Positions 50,223 through 59,815 of a stretch of 64,000 nt of DNA are shown piece by piece; position 1 is the first letter of the stretch, and every line of letters begins with the position of its first letter. A model generated the notes under the pieces. The model was not told the origin of the DNA and did not search any database. It saw only the letters and a list, made by a program, of their open reading frames with translations. Source of the DNA: a bacterium (GTDB lineage: Bacteria > UBA8248 > JACPRG01 > G963555815); the NCBI GenBank assembly GCA_965218795.1, contig OZ244653.1, positions 1,216,001 through 1,280,000 on the forward strand. The letters run 5' to 3'. The translations under genes and the position numbers were made by a program.

Positions 50223-50824
50223 CGCGCTACCAGGCCTTACAGGTGATTGCCCAAAGGATGACGGATGAAGTCTGCATTGTGTCGCTGGGCGGGATCGTGG
50301 ATGAATGGCACAGCATTCGGCCCGAGCCACAAGGCAACAGCATGTACCTCATGTGTCTGGGTTGCCACATGCCCTTGGCCTTCGGCGTGGCGCTGGGTCT
50401 TCCCAACCGGAATGTGGTCTGTCTGGAGACCGACGGAAGCGCCCTCATGAACCTGGGGATTCTCGCCACCCTCGGCAACGAGACGCCTGAGAACCTCAAG
50501 ATCTTCTGCTTTGACAACGAAATCTATGAGTGCATCGGCGGGCCGCCTACCCATACCTCGGGGAAGGTCGACCTGGCCCGGATGGCCCGCGGCGCCGGCA
50601 TCGAAGAAGCCCGGCTCGTTCGGACGGAAGGCGAGCTCCGCGAGGCGGCCGACGAGGCCCTCTCCGACAAGAGGCTTCACTTTGTCGTGGCCAAGATTGA
50701 ACCGGGCGTGGAAGAAGGTCTCCCCCGGAAAAAATTTGACGGGATCGAAGACAAGTACTACTTCGTCCGGCACCTGGAGGATTCAGAAGGGATTACCATC
50801 ATCCCGCCGAGCCAGCACAACTGA
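50219..50824 (+). CDS. TPP-dependent decarboxylase beta-subunit-like (ComE-like)
   Basis: TTGA overlap; TRYQALQVI, TDGSALMNLG, FDNEIYE..GG.PT. Confidence 0.82.
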   Translation: MTRYQALQVIAQRMTDEVCIVSLGGIVDEWHSIRPEPQGNSMYLMCLGCHMPLAFGVALGLPNRNVVCLETDGSALMNLGILATLGNETPENLKIFCFDNEIYECIGGPPTHTSGKVDLARMARGAGIEEARLVRTEGELREAADEALSDKRLHFVVAKIEPGVEEGLPRKKFDGIEDKYYFVRHLEDSEGITIIPPSQHN

Positions 50825-50983
50825 GCCGCGGGATTCCGGCCGCGGAACACCCTGCGAGTTCACCCTGGCTCTCAGGTTGGCAAGACAATCTTGCAGGATC
50901 ATTTTGGAGTCATTTCTCCCGGTCATGGTAGGCGTTACCTGACTTCCGTATCACGATGACCCATCACATCGAGGAGAAGGACC

Positions 50984-51493
50984 ATGCCCAGAGCATCTTC
51001 AAACATCCTGGACTCGGGAGACACATTCCCAAGTCTGACCTTCAATTTGACGGATGGAGGGACGCTGAACGTTCCCGGGGACCAGGGGGACAACTGGAAG
51101 GTCGTCCTGTTGTTCCGCGGCTATTTCTGACCGTATTGCAAGGCGCAGTTGAGCGCCTTCGCCAGGGCTTCCGACAAGCTGACCGAGGAGGGGATCAGCG
51201 TCGTGGCCGCTTCGACCGACACGCTGGAGAATTCCCATAAAATGGCGAGCGAGTGGGAGCTGAATTTCCCCCTCGGGCATAGTCTCGACCCGGTGGACAC
51301 TTCCGGGGCATTGGGGGCCTTTCACGGAAAGCACCCCAGGGATCCGGAAACAGAGATTATTCACGGCACGGGCTATGTCCTCCGACCGGATAACACCGTC
51401 GCTGTGGGCGTCTACAGCACCGGGCCCATCGGCCGTCTGACATGGCAAGAGGTGCTGGCGTTAGTCCAGTTCTACAAGAAGATGAATCGATAA
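50984..51493 (+). CDS. peroxiredoxin-like (AhpC/TSA, redoxin) selenoprotein candidate, UxxC, 169 aa
   Basis: GAGGAG SD, ATG 50984: MPRASSNILDSGDTFP...WKVVLLFRGYF-TGA(51128-51130)-PYCKAQLSAF..., in frame with ORF 51149..51493. Confidence 0.88.
51140..51159 (+). promoter_or_regulatory. putative SECIS hairpin of the Prx-like gene
   Basis: AAGGCGC-AGTTGA-GCGCCTT starting 9 nt after TGA. Confidence 0.7.
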
Positions 51494-51508
51494 GGCCCGT
51501 TTCACCTG

Positions 51509-51554
51509 AAAAGGGCGCCGCATGGGGTCTCCTTCCCGCGGCGTCCTTTTTTTT
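51509..51554 (+). terminator. rho-independent terminator
   Basis: AAGGGCGCCGC...GCGGCGTCCTT followed by a T run. Confidence 0.75.
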
Positions 51555-51582
51555 GCGCAGGCGGACCCACGATCGGGGTCGC

Positions 51583-51874
51583 TCACTCCCGGGCGGGCAA
51601 CGGACAAAATCCGTTGGATTCCACCCTGAAACTCACGTTGAACTTGCTGCGGAAATTCTCCATCGCGACCGAGGCCGTCCATTGAACCATGGCGGGTTCG
51701 TCGAATTCCTCCTCGATCCGAGAGTAAAAATCATCCGTCACATCCTGAGTCCGTGCCAGCCATCCGCTCGGCGTATTCCAGCGCCAGCCTCTCTTTTCGG
51801 GAAAATTCCTCTATACAGCGGCCCCACAGCAAGTGTTCGTGAGTCTTGAAGACATCTTCCAGTGATGCCCGCAT
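51583..51874 (-). pseudogene. CMD/AhpD-family C-terminal remnant
   Basis: FSRKERLALEYAERM, frameshift, DVTDDFYSRIEEEFDEPAMVQWTASVAMENFRSKFNVSFRVESNGFC. Confidence 0.65.
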
Positions 51875-52279
51875 GGGTTCTCAGAACAAGACCCCTCAGA
51901 TTCACGGATCATTCTGGATTGCTTCATCCAACACGCCCGACAGACTCAAAAGATTACATCCAATTCATCCCATCAGAAGAATAGTCGATAGGCTTGATGC
52001 TGCCTTATTGTCGGAAAAGAGCTTCCCAAAAAGGGGAATGCCGCAGCCAATCAAGGAGATTTTTACATCCGCGGGATTCCGGGCCTTAGGTAAACCGAAT
52101 TTCCACTCGAAATGTGAATTCATTGTGGAAAACCCTGGGGACAAACCTCCTCAACCGTCGATTTGCCGGGAATAACAACCGAAATGCCTAATTTCTAGTC
52201 ATTCCGAGTTTCCACAAAAATCGTTTTCTTGAGAAACAGGACGACTCCGACCGTACTAAAAGCCTGAAACAAGGGGCCT

Positions 52280-52831
52280 TCAGGAACCACCCGGTCGAAA
52301 GAACGTCACGGATGTGTCACCGAACCGTCGGGTTTCAATCCGCTCCAAATCGGTAACCTCCGGGGCTTCTGACTTGGAAAGATGCTCCAGTGCAGCCCAT
52401 CCGGAAGGTTTGACCAGCCTGGCCGCGGACTCGACCGCTTTCTCTCCCGCATCGTAGGCGTACGGCGGATCCAAATAGATAAAATCGAACCGGTCATCCC
52501 CTTCGGCGAGAATTTCCAGTGAGCGAAGCGCATCTCCCGACAGGACTTCCCAGCGACTCTGGTGGAAACCCGCTGCTTCGAGATTATTCGCCAGGACGTC
52601 GATCGCCTCACGATTCTCCTCAAGGAGGAGGACCGCTTTCGCTCCCCGACTGAGCGCTTCGGCGGCGATTGCCCCGCTGCCTGCGAAGACATCCAGACAA
52701 CGGGCGCCGGAGATCCAATCCCCGAGAATGTCGAAGACGGCCTCGCGCACTCTCTCAGGAGTCGGCCTGACCCGCCATCCCTTCGGCGCAACCAGCCGCC
52801 TTCCTTTCGCGGTGCCGGCGATGATTCGCAG
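52280..52831 (-). CDS. rsmD: 16S rRNA (guanine966-N2) methyltransferase
   Basis: RIIAGTAKGRRL, RPTPERVREAVF, LDVFAGSG, EALSRGA, DPPY. Confidence 0.92.
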   Translation of the reverse strand: MRIIAGTAKGRRLVAPKGWRVRPTPERVREAVFDILGDWISGARCLDVFAGSGAIAAEALSRGAKAVLLLEENREAIDVLANNLEAAGFHQSRWEVLSGDALRSLEILAEGDDRFDFIYLDPPYAYDAGEKAVESAARLVKPSGWAALEHLSKSEAPEVTDLERIETRRFGDTSVTFFRPGGS

Positions 52832-52894
52832 GGTTCCGTCCTCGCTGGGGGCGCAGCGTGATTCAGTGAACCTCAATCCAGTGCTTATCGAGCG

Positions 52895-53815
52895 CTACCA
52901 GGTTCTCAGGGGCAGGTCGAAATCAGCAAGAGACTTGAAGCTTTGGGCCCGTTCCTCGACTTCCTCGGGGGACAGCGTCCGGAGCCGATCAAGGCTGAAG
53001 GCTTGAACGTTGAAAGAGGCCATAGTGCTGCCATAGATGATGGCGCGGCGGAAATTCTCGTGATTGATCTCACCGTGCGAGGCAAGATAACCCATGAACC
53101 CGCCGGCGAAGCTGTCCCCCGCTCCAGTCGGATCGCTCAGGTCATCGAGGGGTAAAGCGGGGGCCCAGAACTCCTCTTCCTCATCGAACAACAAAGCGCC
53201 ATACTCGCCGCGCTTGACCACGAGGGTCTTGGGCCCCTCCTGCAGAATCCTTCGGGCCGCCTTTACCAGATTCCCCTCTCCCGCCAACATGCGGACCTCT
53301 CCGTCGTTGATGATAAGGGCGTCGACACGTTTTAAGATCTCCCACAGGGCTTCCGGCTTCCCTTCGATCCAGAAGTTCATCGTGTCGCAAGCAACAAATT
53401 CTGGTTTCTCCACCTGATCCAGGACATTCATCTGTAGGTCCGGGTCGATATTCGCAAGGAATACGTATTTCGATGTCTGATAGCTCCCAGGCAGCTTCGG
53501 CCGAAAATCGGCAAACACATTGAGGTGCGTCTCCAGCGTGATGGCTTCATTCAAGTTTTCGGTATATTCCCCGACCCAATGGAAGGTCTTCCCTTTTGCG
53601 ACCTCCAGACCTTCCAGATCGATTCTGCGGCTGCGCAGAAATTCCAGATGCTCTTCCGGAAAATCTTCACCGACGACCCCGACCAGCCGGATGGGCGTGA
53701 ACATGGAGGCGGAAACCGAGAAATGCGTGGCAGAGCCTCCGAGGAGACGATCCTTCTCCCCAAATGGGGTCTTGACCGAGTCCAGGGCAACCGATCCGAC
53801 TACAAGCAAGCTCAT
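52895..53815 (-). CDS. PfkB-family carbohydrate/nucleoside kinase
   Basis: GSVALDSVKTPFG, DTMNFWI, DPTGAGDSFAGG. Confidence 0.92.
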   Translation of the reverse strand: MSLLVVGSVALDSVKTPFGEKDRLLGGSATHFSVSASMFTPIRLVGVVGEDFPEEHLEFLRSRRIDLEGLEVAKGKTFHWVGEYTENLNEAITLETHLNVFADFRPKLPGSYQTSKYVFLANIDPDLQMNVLDQVEKPEFVACDTMNFWIEGKPEALWEILKRVDALIINDGEVRMLAGEGNLVKAARRILQEGPKTLVVKRGEYGALLFDEEEEFWAPALPLDDLSDPTGAGDSFAGGFMGYLASHGEINHENFRRAIIYGSTMASFNVQAFSLDRLRTLSPEEVEERAQSFKSLADFDLPLRTW

Positions 53816-53891
53816 TCGTCTTTTCTTTCACCTCCTCACCTACCGGTGCAGCGCCGCTCGCCCCGCGCGGTCCCATCCGGACCGTCCACGA

Positions 53892-54173
53892 TCAGAGCGC
53901 GTACGCCTCGATCTCCTTAGCCAGATTGATGTCCTTATCGGTCAGACCGCCCGAATCGTGCGTGCTCAGGCAAAGGCGAACCGTCTTGTACCGGATGTCA
54001 ATGTCCGGGTGGTGATCGTTCCGCTCGGCCAGAAGCCCAACCTTCATGGCAAACCCCATCGCCGGCGTAAACCACTCGAACGTAAAGGTCTTGATGATGG
54101 CTTCCCCCTCGCGCTCCCATCCGGTCAACCCTTTCAGGGCCTCACCGATCTGTTCTTCAGTCAATTTCGCCAT
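53892..54173 (-). CDS. pterin-4a-carbinolamine dehydratase
   Basis: AERNDHHPDI, LSTHDSGGLT.KD..LA. Confidence 0.93.
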   Translation of the reverse strand: MAKLTEEQIGEALKGLTGWEREGEAIIKTFTFEWFTPAMGFAMKVGLLAERNDHHPDIDIRYKTVRLCLSTHDSGGLTDKDINLAKEIEAYAL

Positions 54174-54213
54174 ACCCAACCTCCCTCTCTATCCCGATCC
54201 TTCTTCACCCTCG

Positions 54214-55494
54214 TCAGGCTTGGAAGTCCGCACGGGGCTCATCCAGGACCGAAAAATCGAATCCTTCGAGATTTTTGCATATCGTACGGTTGAATCGGGC
54301 GGCGACCACGCCGTCCACTACACGGTGATCGACCGTCAAGAAAAGTCCCATTCGGTCACGAACGCCAACCGACCCGTCGTCCAGAGGAACGGCGCACTTC
54401 CGGATGGCCCCGACGCCCAAGATGGCCGCTTCCGGCGGGTTGAGGATGGGGGTCGCAAAAAGGCTCCCCGCCGCGCCCGGGTTTGTGATCGTGAACGTAC
54501 TCCCGATGACACTCCCGGGTTCCAGGGTCCCCTGCCGAGCCTGATCGGCCATATCCTGAATCCGGAATGCAAGATCGGCGAAGACCAGTGCTTCTGCGCT
54601 CCGAATCACCGGAACGATGAGACCATCCGGCACCGCCACGGCCATCCCCAGATGAACGGTTTTGAACCGGTACATCACATCCCCGGCGAATCGGGCGTTC
54701 ACTGAGCCGAACTCGATTCCTTCGAGCGCCCGCAGGGCCGCCCAGGCAATAAAGTGGGTATACGTCAGGTGGATCCCATTCCTGGCGAAAAGGGTTTCTC
54801 CCAACGCCTCCCTTTTCCGAACGATCTCGGTGACATCGGCCTCGTCGAATGTCGTGAACTGGGGAACCTCGCGAACGCTTTCGGTGAGACGCTTGGCCAA
54901 GCGCTTCCTCAGGGGGCCGAGGGGCAGGACATCCGCCTCCTCCGCTGACGGAACCGCCGCCTTCTCCACAGCCTCGGTTTTTGCGTCCCCTTCGTTCCGG
55001 TCGGCCAGGTAGGCCAACAGGTCTCCCTCGGTGACCCTCCCGTTCTTGCCGGTCCCTTGGATGCCGATCAATTCTTCCGGGGGAAGTCCGTGCTCTCCGG
55101 CCAGCTTGCGAACGCGGGGCGACAGAAATCCGGCCCTTTTCGCCCTTTTCTTCGCGGCTATGGGTGCAGACCCGGTCTCGTCTCCCGATGCAGCTTCAAC
55201 CTGATCCACCGGACCGATATTTGATTCAGGTTCAGTTTCTTCGAGGATCTCGTCCTCGGTCTCGACCAGTGCGACAGCTTCTCCAACTGGAACCGCTTCC
55301 TCCGAAGAAACGAGGATCTTCGCCAAGCGCCCGCTGTAGGGGCTTTCCACTTCGAATTCAACCTTCTCGCTCTCCGCCAGGAGGATGGGCTCCCCCTTGC
55401 TCAATGAATCGCCCTCTTCCTTGAGCCACTGAACGACCGTCCCCTCATGAACGCTCGATCCCATTCTCGGCATAATGACTCTGGCCTGCTGCAT
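54214..55494 (-). CDS. 2-oxoacid dehydrogenase E2 (dihydrolipoamide acyltransferase)
   Basis: Lipoyl domain (MPRMGSSV...ESEKV), E3-binding SPRVRKLA...GTGKNGRVT, DHRVVDG. Confidence 0.92.
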   Translation of the reverse strand: MQQARVIMPRMGSSVHEGTVVQWLKEEGDSLSKGEPILLAESEKVEFEVESPYSGRLAKILVSSEEAVPVGEAVALVETEDEILEETEPESNIGPVDQVEAASGDETGSAPIAAKKRAKRAGFLSPRVRKLAGEHGLPPEELIGIQGTGKNGRVTEGDLLAYLADRNEGDAKTEAVEKAAVPSAEEADVLPLGPLRKRLAKRLTESVREVPQFTTFDEADVTEIVRKREALGETLFARNGIHLTYTHFIAWAALRALEGIEFGSVNARFAGDVMYRFKTVHLGMAVAVPDGLIVPVIRSAEALVFADLAFRIQDMADQARQGTLEPGSVIGSTFTITNPGAAGSLFATPILNPPEAAILGVGAIRKCAVPLDDGSVGVRDRMGLFLTVDHRVVDGVVAARFNRTICKNLEGFDFSVLDEPRADFQA

Positions 55495-55537
55495 TCTCTC
55501 TTTTCCCTTCCCGGCGTTGGGTTCTATTCAGGCGAAC

Positions 55538-56578
55538 TTAGAAACCAGCCACCTCCCGGATGGCTTCGCAAATTTTTTCCGCGTTCGGCAGGAAGTAATC
55601 CTCCAGGGGCGGACTGTAGGGAAGGGGGACATCTGCCGCCGCCACACGCCTGACCGGGGCGTCCAAATGCTCGAACGCCTCTTCGGCAAGGATCGCGGCC
55701 CACTCGGCTCCCACCCCGCCTGTTTTGAGATCTTCATGGGAGATGAGGACGCGCCCTGTCTTTTTCACGGAACGCAGGATCGCCTCGCGGTCGAACGGGA
55801 GAATGCTTCGCATGTCGATCACCTCGACCTCAAAGCCTTCTTCGGAAGCCATCTCTGCCGCGCGCAGGGAATCCAGAACCGTTGTCCCGTGCGTAATGAG
55901 CGTCAGATCCTCACCTTCCCGGACAATGCGGGCCTCTCCGATGGGAACCACGAAGTCTTCCCCGGGCATTTGAGTCCGTAGGGGTTCCGGGAATTGGTCC
56001 AGAGGAAGATTGTACAGTTTCTTGTACTCAAGATAGAGAACGGGGTTGTTGTCGCGGATTGCCGCTTTCAACAGGCCCTTCGCATCATAAGGACTTGCCG
56101 GTGCAACGATTTTCAGACCCGGCGTGTGATAGAACCAGGATTCGGGGTTGCAGGAATGGAAGGGTCCGGCGCTCTTCAACGCTCCCGCCGGCAATCGGAC
56201 CACCATCGGCACCTGTCCTCCCTGCCGGTAATAAACACCCGCCGCGTAATTCACCAGCATCTTGAACGAATCGGAAACAAAATCGGCGAACTGCACCTCA
56301 ACGACCGGACGCAGACCCAACTGCGCGGATCCCGCGGCCATCCCCATAAACCCGCTTTCCGATAGCGGCGCATCCACCACCCGGTTCAGACCAAACTGGT
56401 CCAGGAACCCCTTGGTGACCCCGAAGGCCCCGCCCCCAATCGCGATATCCTCCCCGATCATGTAGACGTCCGGATCACGTTCCATCTCTTCCCATAAGGC
56501 CGCGGTGACGGCCTCCCGATAGGACAACGAAGCCGATACTTTGGGCTGTCCTGAACCTGACCGAGCCTCGACGCTCAT
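55538..56578 (-). CDS. 2-oxoacid dehydrogenase E1 beta subunit
   Basis: GGAFGVTKG, DAPLSE, EVQFADF, GPFHS, DAKGLLKAAIRD. Confidence 0.93.
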   Translation of the reverse strand: MSVEARSGSGQPKVSASLSYREAVTAALWEEMERDPDVYMIGEDIAIGGGAFGVTKGFLDQFGLNRVVDAPLSESGFMGMAAGSAQLGLRPVVEVQFADFVSDSFKMLVNYAAGVYYRQGGQVPMVVRLPAGALKSAGPFHSCNPESWFYHTPGLKIVAPASPYDAKGLLKAAIRDNNPVLYLEYKKLYNLPLDQFPEPLRTQMPGEDFVVPIGEARIVREGEDLTLITHGTTVLDSLRAAEMASEEGFEVEVIDMRSILPFDREAILRSVKKTGRVLISHEDLKTGGVGAEWAAILAEEAFEHLDAPVRRVAAADVPLPYSPPLEDYFLPNAEKICEAIREVAGF

Positions 56579-57747
56579 GGGGCGTAGACTCCATCCATCG
56601 CCTGCGGACCCTTCGGCATGGGGCTCCTCTTGGCCGCGGTGACGGCCTCGGCAATCCTGGCCCGATTTTGTTCATCTACTGATTTAAAATACGAATCATC
56701 CCCCAACCCCAGGGAGCGCAACCGCTCCCGGTACAAAAGAATTGGGTCACGCGACTCCCAGGCCGCGATTTCCTCCGGCGGGACATAATCCTTGTAAGGG
56801 TCGTAGATCGAATGGCCGCAGAGTCGAGGGTTGACCGACTCGATGAGGATTGGGCCCTCTCCCGCGCGGGCGCGATCCACTGCCTCGCGGCAGATCTCAT
56901 AAGTGCCGACCATATCGGTTGCGTCCATCAGGTATCCCGGAATCCCGTAACCGATGGCCCGCAACACCAGCGTTTTGCAGGCATATTGCATCCGGGTGGG
57001 TGTCTTGTACGCCCATAGGTTGTTTTCGACGATAACTACCAGGGGCAGCCGATGCACGGCCGCCAGATTCAGCCCCTGATGAAAATCACCGGTTGAAGTC
57101 GCCCCGTCACCGGATATTCCCAACACCGCTGTGCCGTCATCCCTGTACCTGGACGCCCATGCGGCTCCTACGGCAACCGGGATCATGGTTCCGATGTGAC
57201 TGATGAGCGGAATGATGTTCAGGTCTCGATTGCCGAAATGGATGTCCCGCCCTTTGGTGATCCCGTCGGCCTTCGCCATGAACTGGCACATGAGCTGGGC
57301 GAGATCCTGTCCTCTTGCGATATGCGACGAGACATTTCGATGCATCGGAACGAGGGTATCTTCGTCCTTCAGCACGAGGGCGGCGGCCACGGAGAGCGCC
57401 TCGTTTCCGCGGCCGAAGAACGCCGTTCCCGGCACAAATCCCTGCCGGAACAGCTCGTCCACTTGTTCTTCCACCCCGCGCCCCAGGGTCATCATTTCGT
57501 AAAAGCGCCGCAGATCCTTATCGCTGAGATCGAGAGCCTCCAGCTCGACCTTCGGCCTCCAGCAGATCTTGAGACCGTTGATGGTGAGATGGCGATCCTG
57601 CAAGTCGCGAAAGTAATCCAGCCCGTCAAGCTCTTCTTCCAGGACAGGTGTTTCCGACAAGGATTTGGGATGTTTCACGGACATGACGGGAATCTTCAGA
57701 TTTGGCAGAGGCTCATTGGATATCTTAAGTCCAAGTGGCGAAATCAC
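56575..57747 (-). CDS. 2-oxoacid dehydrogenase E1 alpha subunit
   Basis: TPP motif GDGATSTGDF...ENN, RARAGEGP.LIE, RLCGHS; start uncertain. Confidence 0.9.
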   Translation of the reverse strand: MISPLGLKISNEPLPNLKIPVMSVKHPKSLSETPVLEEELDGLDYFRDLQDRHLTINGLKICWRPKVELEALDLSDKDLRRFYEMMTLGRGVEEQVDELFRQGFVPGTAFFGRGNEALSVAAALVLKDEDTLVPMHRNVSSHIARGQDLAQLMCQFMAKADGITKGRDIHFGNRDLNIIPLISHIGTMIPVAVGAAWASRYRDDGTAVLGISGDGATSTGDFHQGLNLAAVHRLPLVVIVENNLWAYKTPTRMQYACKTLVLRAIGYGIPGYLMDATDMVGTYEICREAVDRARAGEGPILIESVNPRLCGHSIYDPYKDYVPPEEIAAWESRDPILLYRERLRSLGLGDDSYFKSVDEQNRARIAEAVTAAKRSPMPKGPQAMDGVYAP

Positions 57748-57792
57748 GGTTCACCCCGGCTGGGGCCATTCCTTGAAAGGCCGTCAGGCTTC

Positions 57793-58197
57793 TCAATTCG
57801 CTCCGGCCCAGCCGTGCTCGGAAACATCGATCACGACACCATCCGGGGCGAGAAACTTTCTCTCGTAATAAACCGTCTCTTTTCCTGTTCCCTGGTAGAG
57901 ATCCGCAACCTCCCTCGATCCGTCATTTTCCAACTGTTCCATGGTCTTCTCGAGGTCGTCCACAATGAACCCGAAATGATCTATCCCGGTAAAGTTCAGG
58001 TCATCATCCGGAAGATTCGTCCAGGGCCCTTGCTTCTTGATCACAGCCAGGTTCATCACCCCGTCGGACAGATAGACGCCTTTGCCCAGTTCGTTATCAA
58101 TCATTCCGACTTCTTCCATATCGAAGTGCTTCTTATAAAATGCGGCGGTCGATTCCGGGTCGTGGGTCGCGATGGCAATGTGTCTCAGTTTGGCCAA
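57793..58197 (-). CDS. VOC family protein
   Basis: AKLRHIAI, YLSDGVMNLA, HFGFIVDD, PDGVVIDVSEHGW; GGAGG SD plus TTG. Confidence 0.88.
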   Translation of the reverse strand: MAKLRHIAIATHDPESTAAFYKKHFDMEEVGMIDNELGKGVYLSDGVMNLAVIKKQGPWTNLPDDDLNFTGIDHFGFIVDDLEKTMEQLENDGSREVADLYQGTGKETVYYERKFLAPDGVVIDVSEHGWAGAN

Positions 58198-58261
58198 CGT
58201 TCTATCCTCCCGATGGATTCGAGCAGGCTCCCGGCCTGGGCCCGGCAGCCTCGATATTCAG

Positions 58262-59800
58262 TCAATCCCATTTTCTCTTTTTTGACCGCAGGGGCTTCCA
58301 GTTTGCCACCAGCTCCGTCATGAGCCGGACCCCCACACCCGAAGCGCCTCTTGGCGTATAGGGCAATTCTCGATCCCTCCACGAGGGACCCGCGATATCC
58401 AGATGCGCCCACGGGTAATCGTCGGCAAACCGGGCAAGAAAGGCCGCGGCCGTAATGGCCCCGCCCCATCGGCCGCCCGTGTTCTTGATGTCAGCGATGT
58501 CGCTCTTGATCTGGTCGCAATACTCCGGCCACAGGGGAAGCTCCCAGATCCGATCACCGCAGAGGTCGGCCGCCTGCCTGACCCGATCGAGCAGTTCCTC
58601 GGAATTCCCCATCAGCCCGGTGCACGATTCCCCTAGCGCAACGACACACGCCCCCGTCAAGGTTGCGGCGTCCAAGACCGCCTGGGGCCGATAGCGCTTG
58701 GCGTATGTCAAGGCGTCGCCAAGGATGAGCCGCCCTTCGGCGTCGGTGTTGTCGATCTCAATCGTAATGCCGGCCATGGACCCAACGACATCCCCCGGCC
58801 GGTTGGCCCGTCCGCTGATCATGTTCTCCGTGCAAGGGGCGAGCCCCACAACGCGCCGGGACAGATTCAGCTCCGCAATCGCCCGCATCGCCCCGAGGAC
58901 CGCCGCCGCCCCGGCCATATCCGTCTTCATGCTCCGCATGCTGGACGGCGGCTTGATGTCCAGACCCCCGGTGTCGAATGTGACGCCCTTCCCGATGAGG
59001 ACGATTGGAGCCGAACGGGGATTCCGGCCCTGGTGCTCGAGTACGATGAACTTCGGGGGGGCGGCGCCCGCCTGCGCCACGCTCAGAAAGGCCTTCATCC
59101 CCAACCGTTCGGCGTCCCGGACCTCGAGAATCCGGCAGGAGAGACCCGTTTTCCTCGCCATGGAGCGTGCTGCAGACGCCAGATATGCGGGAACCGCCAC
59201 GTTGGGCGGATGGGTGACCAGATCCCGGCCAAAGTTGGTGGCCTCCCCCAGTATCCGTCCACGATCGAGCCCCCCCCTCAAGGCGGCCGCAGCCTCCCTG
59301 TGTTCGGACACGATCCCGAGGGTTCGCAGTTCTCCTCCCCCGTTTCCGGAATCCTTCTTCCGGTACTCGTTCATCCGGTAAAGACCCATGACAGCGCCTT
59401 CCATCCACGCCTGGGCCTGAATCTCAGGGGACGCCTTCAGCGTGGAAAGGGGAAGACCGGCATGAATCGTCCCAGTTTTCAACTCCCGCGCGGTTCGGGC
59501 GGCCTCGGCGGACACGCCGCGCAGAATGTCCACTGTCAGGTCATTCGGTTTGCCCATCCCCATGAGAAGGATCCGCTTCGCCCGGAGTCCTCCTCTGGTC
59601 TCCAGAATAGGGAGGAGGCGGATCCGCCTGACCTGGGCCTCGAACTCCCCGCTGTCGAGCATTCTGCGAATGGCTCCTCCCAAAAGACGGTCGGCTTCCC
59701 GGGCGGCGCCCTGGAGAGGCGTCTTGCCTTCATAAACAGGGAGAACCGTCAACTCGGCTTCGGCCTCCAGCAAACTCTCGGAAATCACTTTGCCGCGCAT
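58262..59800 (-). CDS. pepA: leucyl aminopeptidase (M17)
   Basis: GKGVTFDTGG, MKTDMAGAA, NTDAEGRL, ATLTGA, WAHLDIAG. Confidence 0.95.
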   Translation of the reverse strand: MRGKVISESLLEAEAELTVLPVYEGKTPLQGAAREADRLLGGAIRRMLDSGEFEAQVRRIRLLPILETRGGLRAKRILLMGMGKPNDLTVDILRGVSAEAARTARELKTGTIHAGLPLSTLKASPEIQAQAWMEGAVMGLYRMNEYRKKDSGNGGGELRTLGIVSEHREAAAALRGGLDRGRILGEATNFGRDLVTHPPNVAVPAYLASAARSMARKTGLSCRILEVRDAERLGMKAFLSVAQAGAAPPKFIVLEHQGRNPRSAPIVLIGKGVTFDTGGLDIKPPSSMRSMKTDMAGAAAVLGAMRAIAELNLSRRVVGLAPCTENMISGRANRPGDVVGSMAGITIEIDNTDAEGRLILGDALTYAKRYRPQAVLDAATLTGACVVALGESCTGLMGNSEELLDRVRQAADLCGDRIWELPLWPEYCDQIKSDIADIKNTGGRWGGAITAAAFLARFADDYPWAHLDIAGPSWRDRELPYTPRGASGVGVRLMTELVANWKPLRSKKRKWD

Positions 59801-59815
59801 CGACTCTTCGACTCC

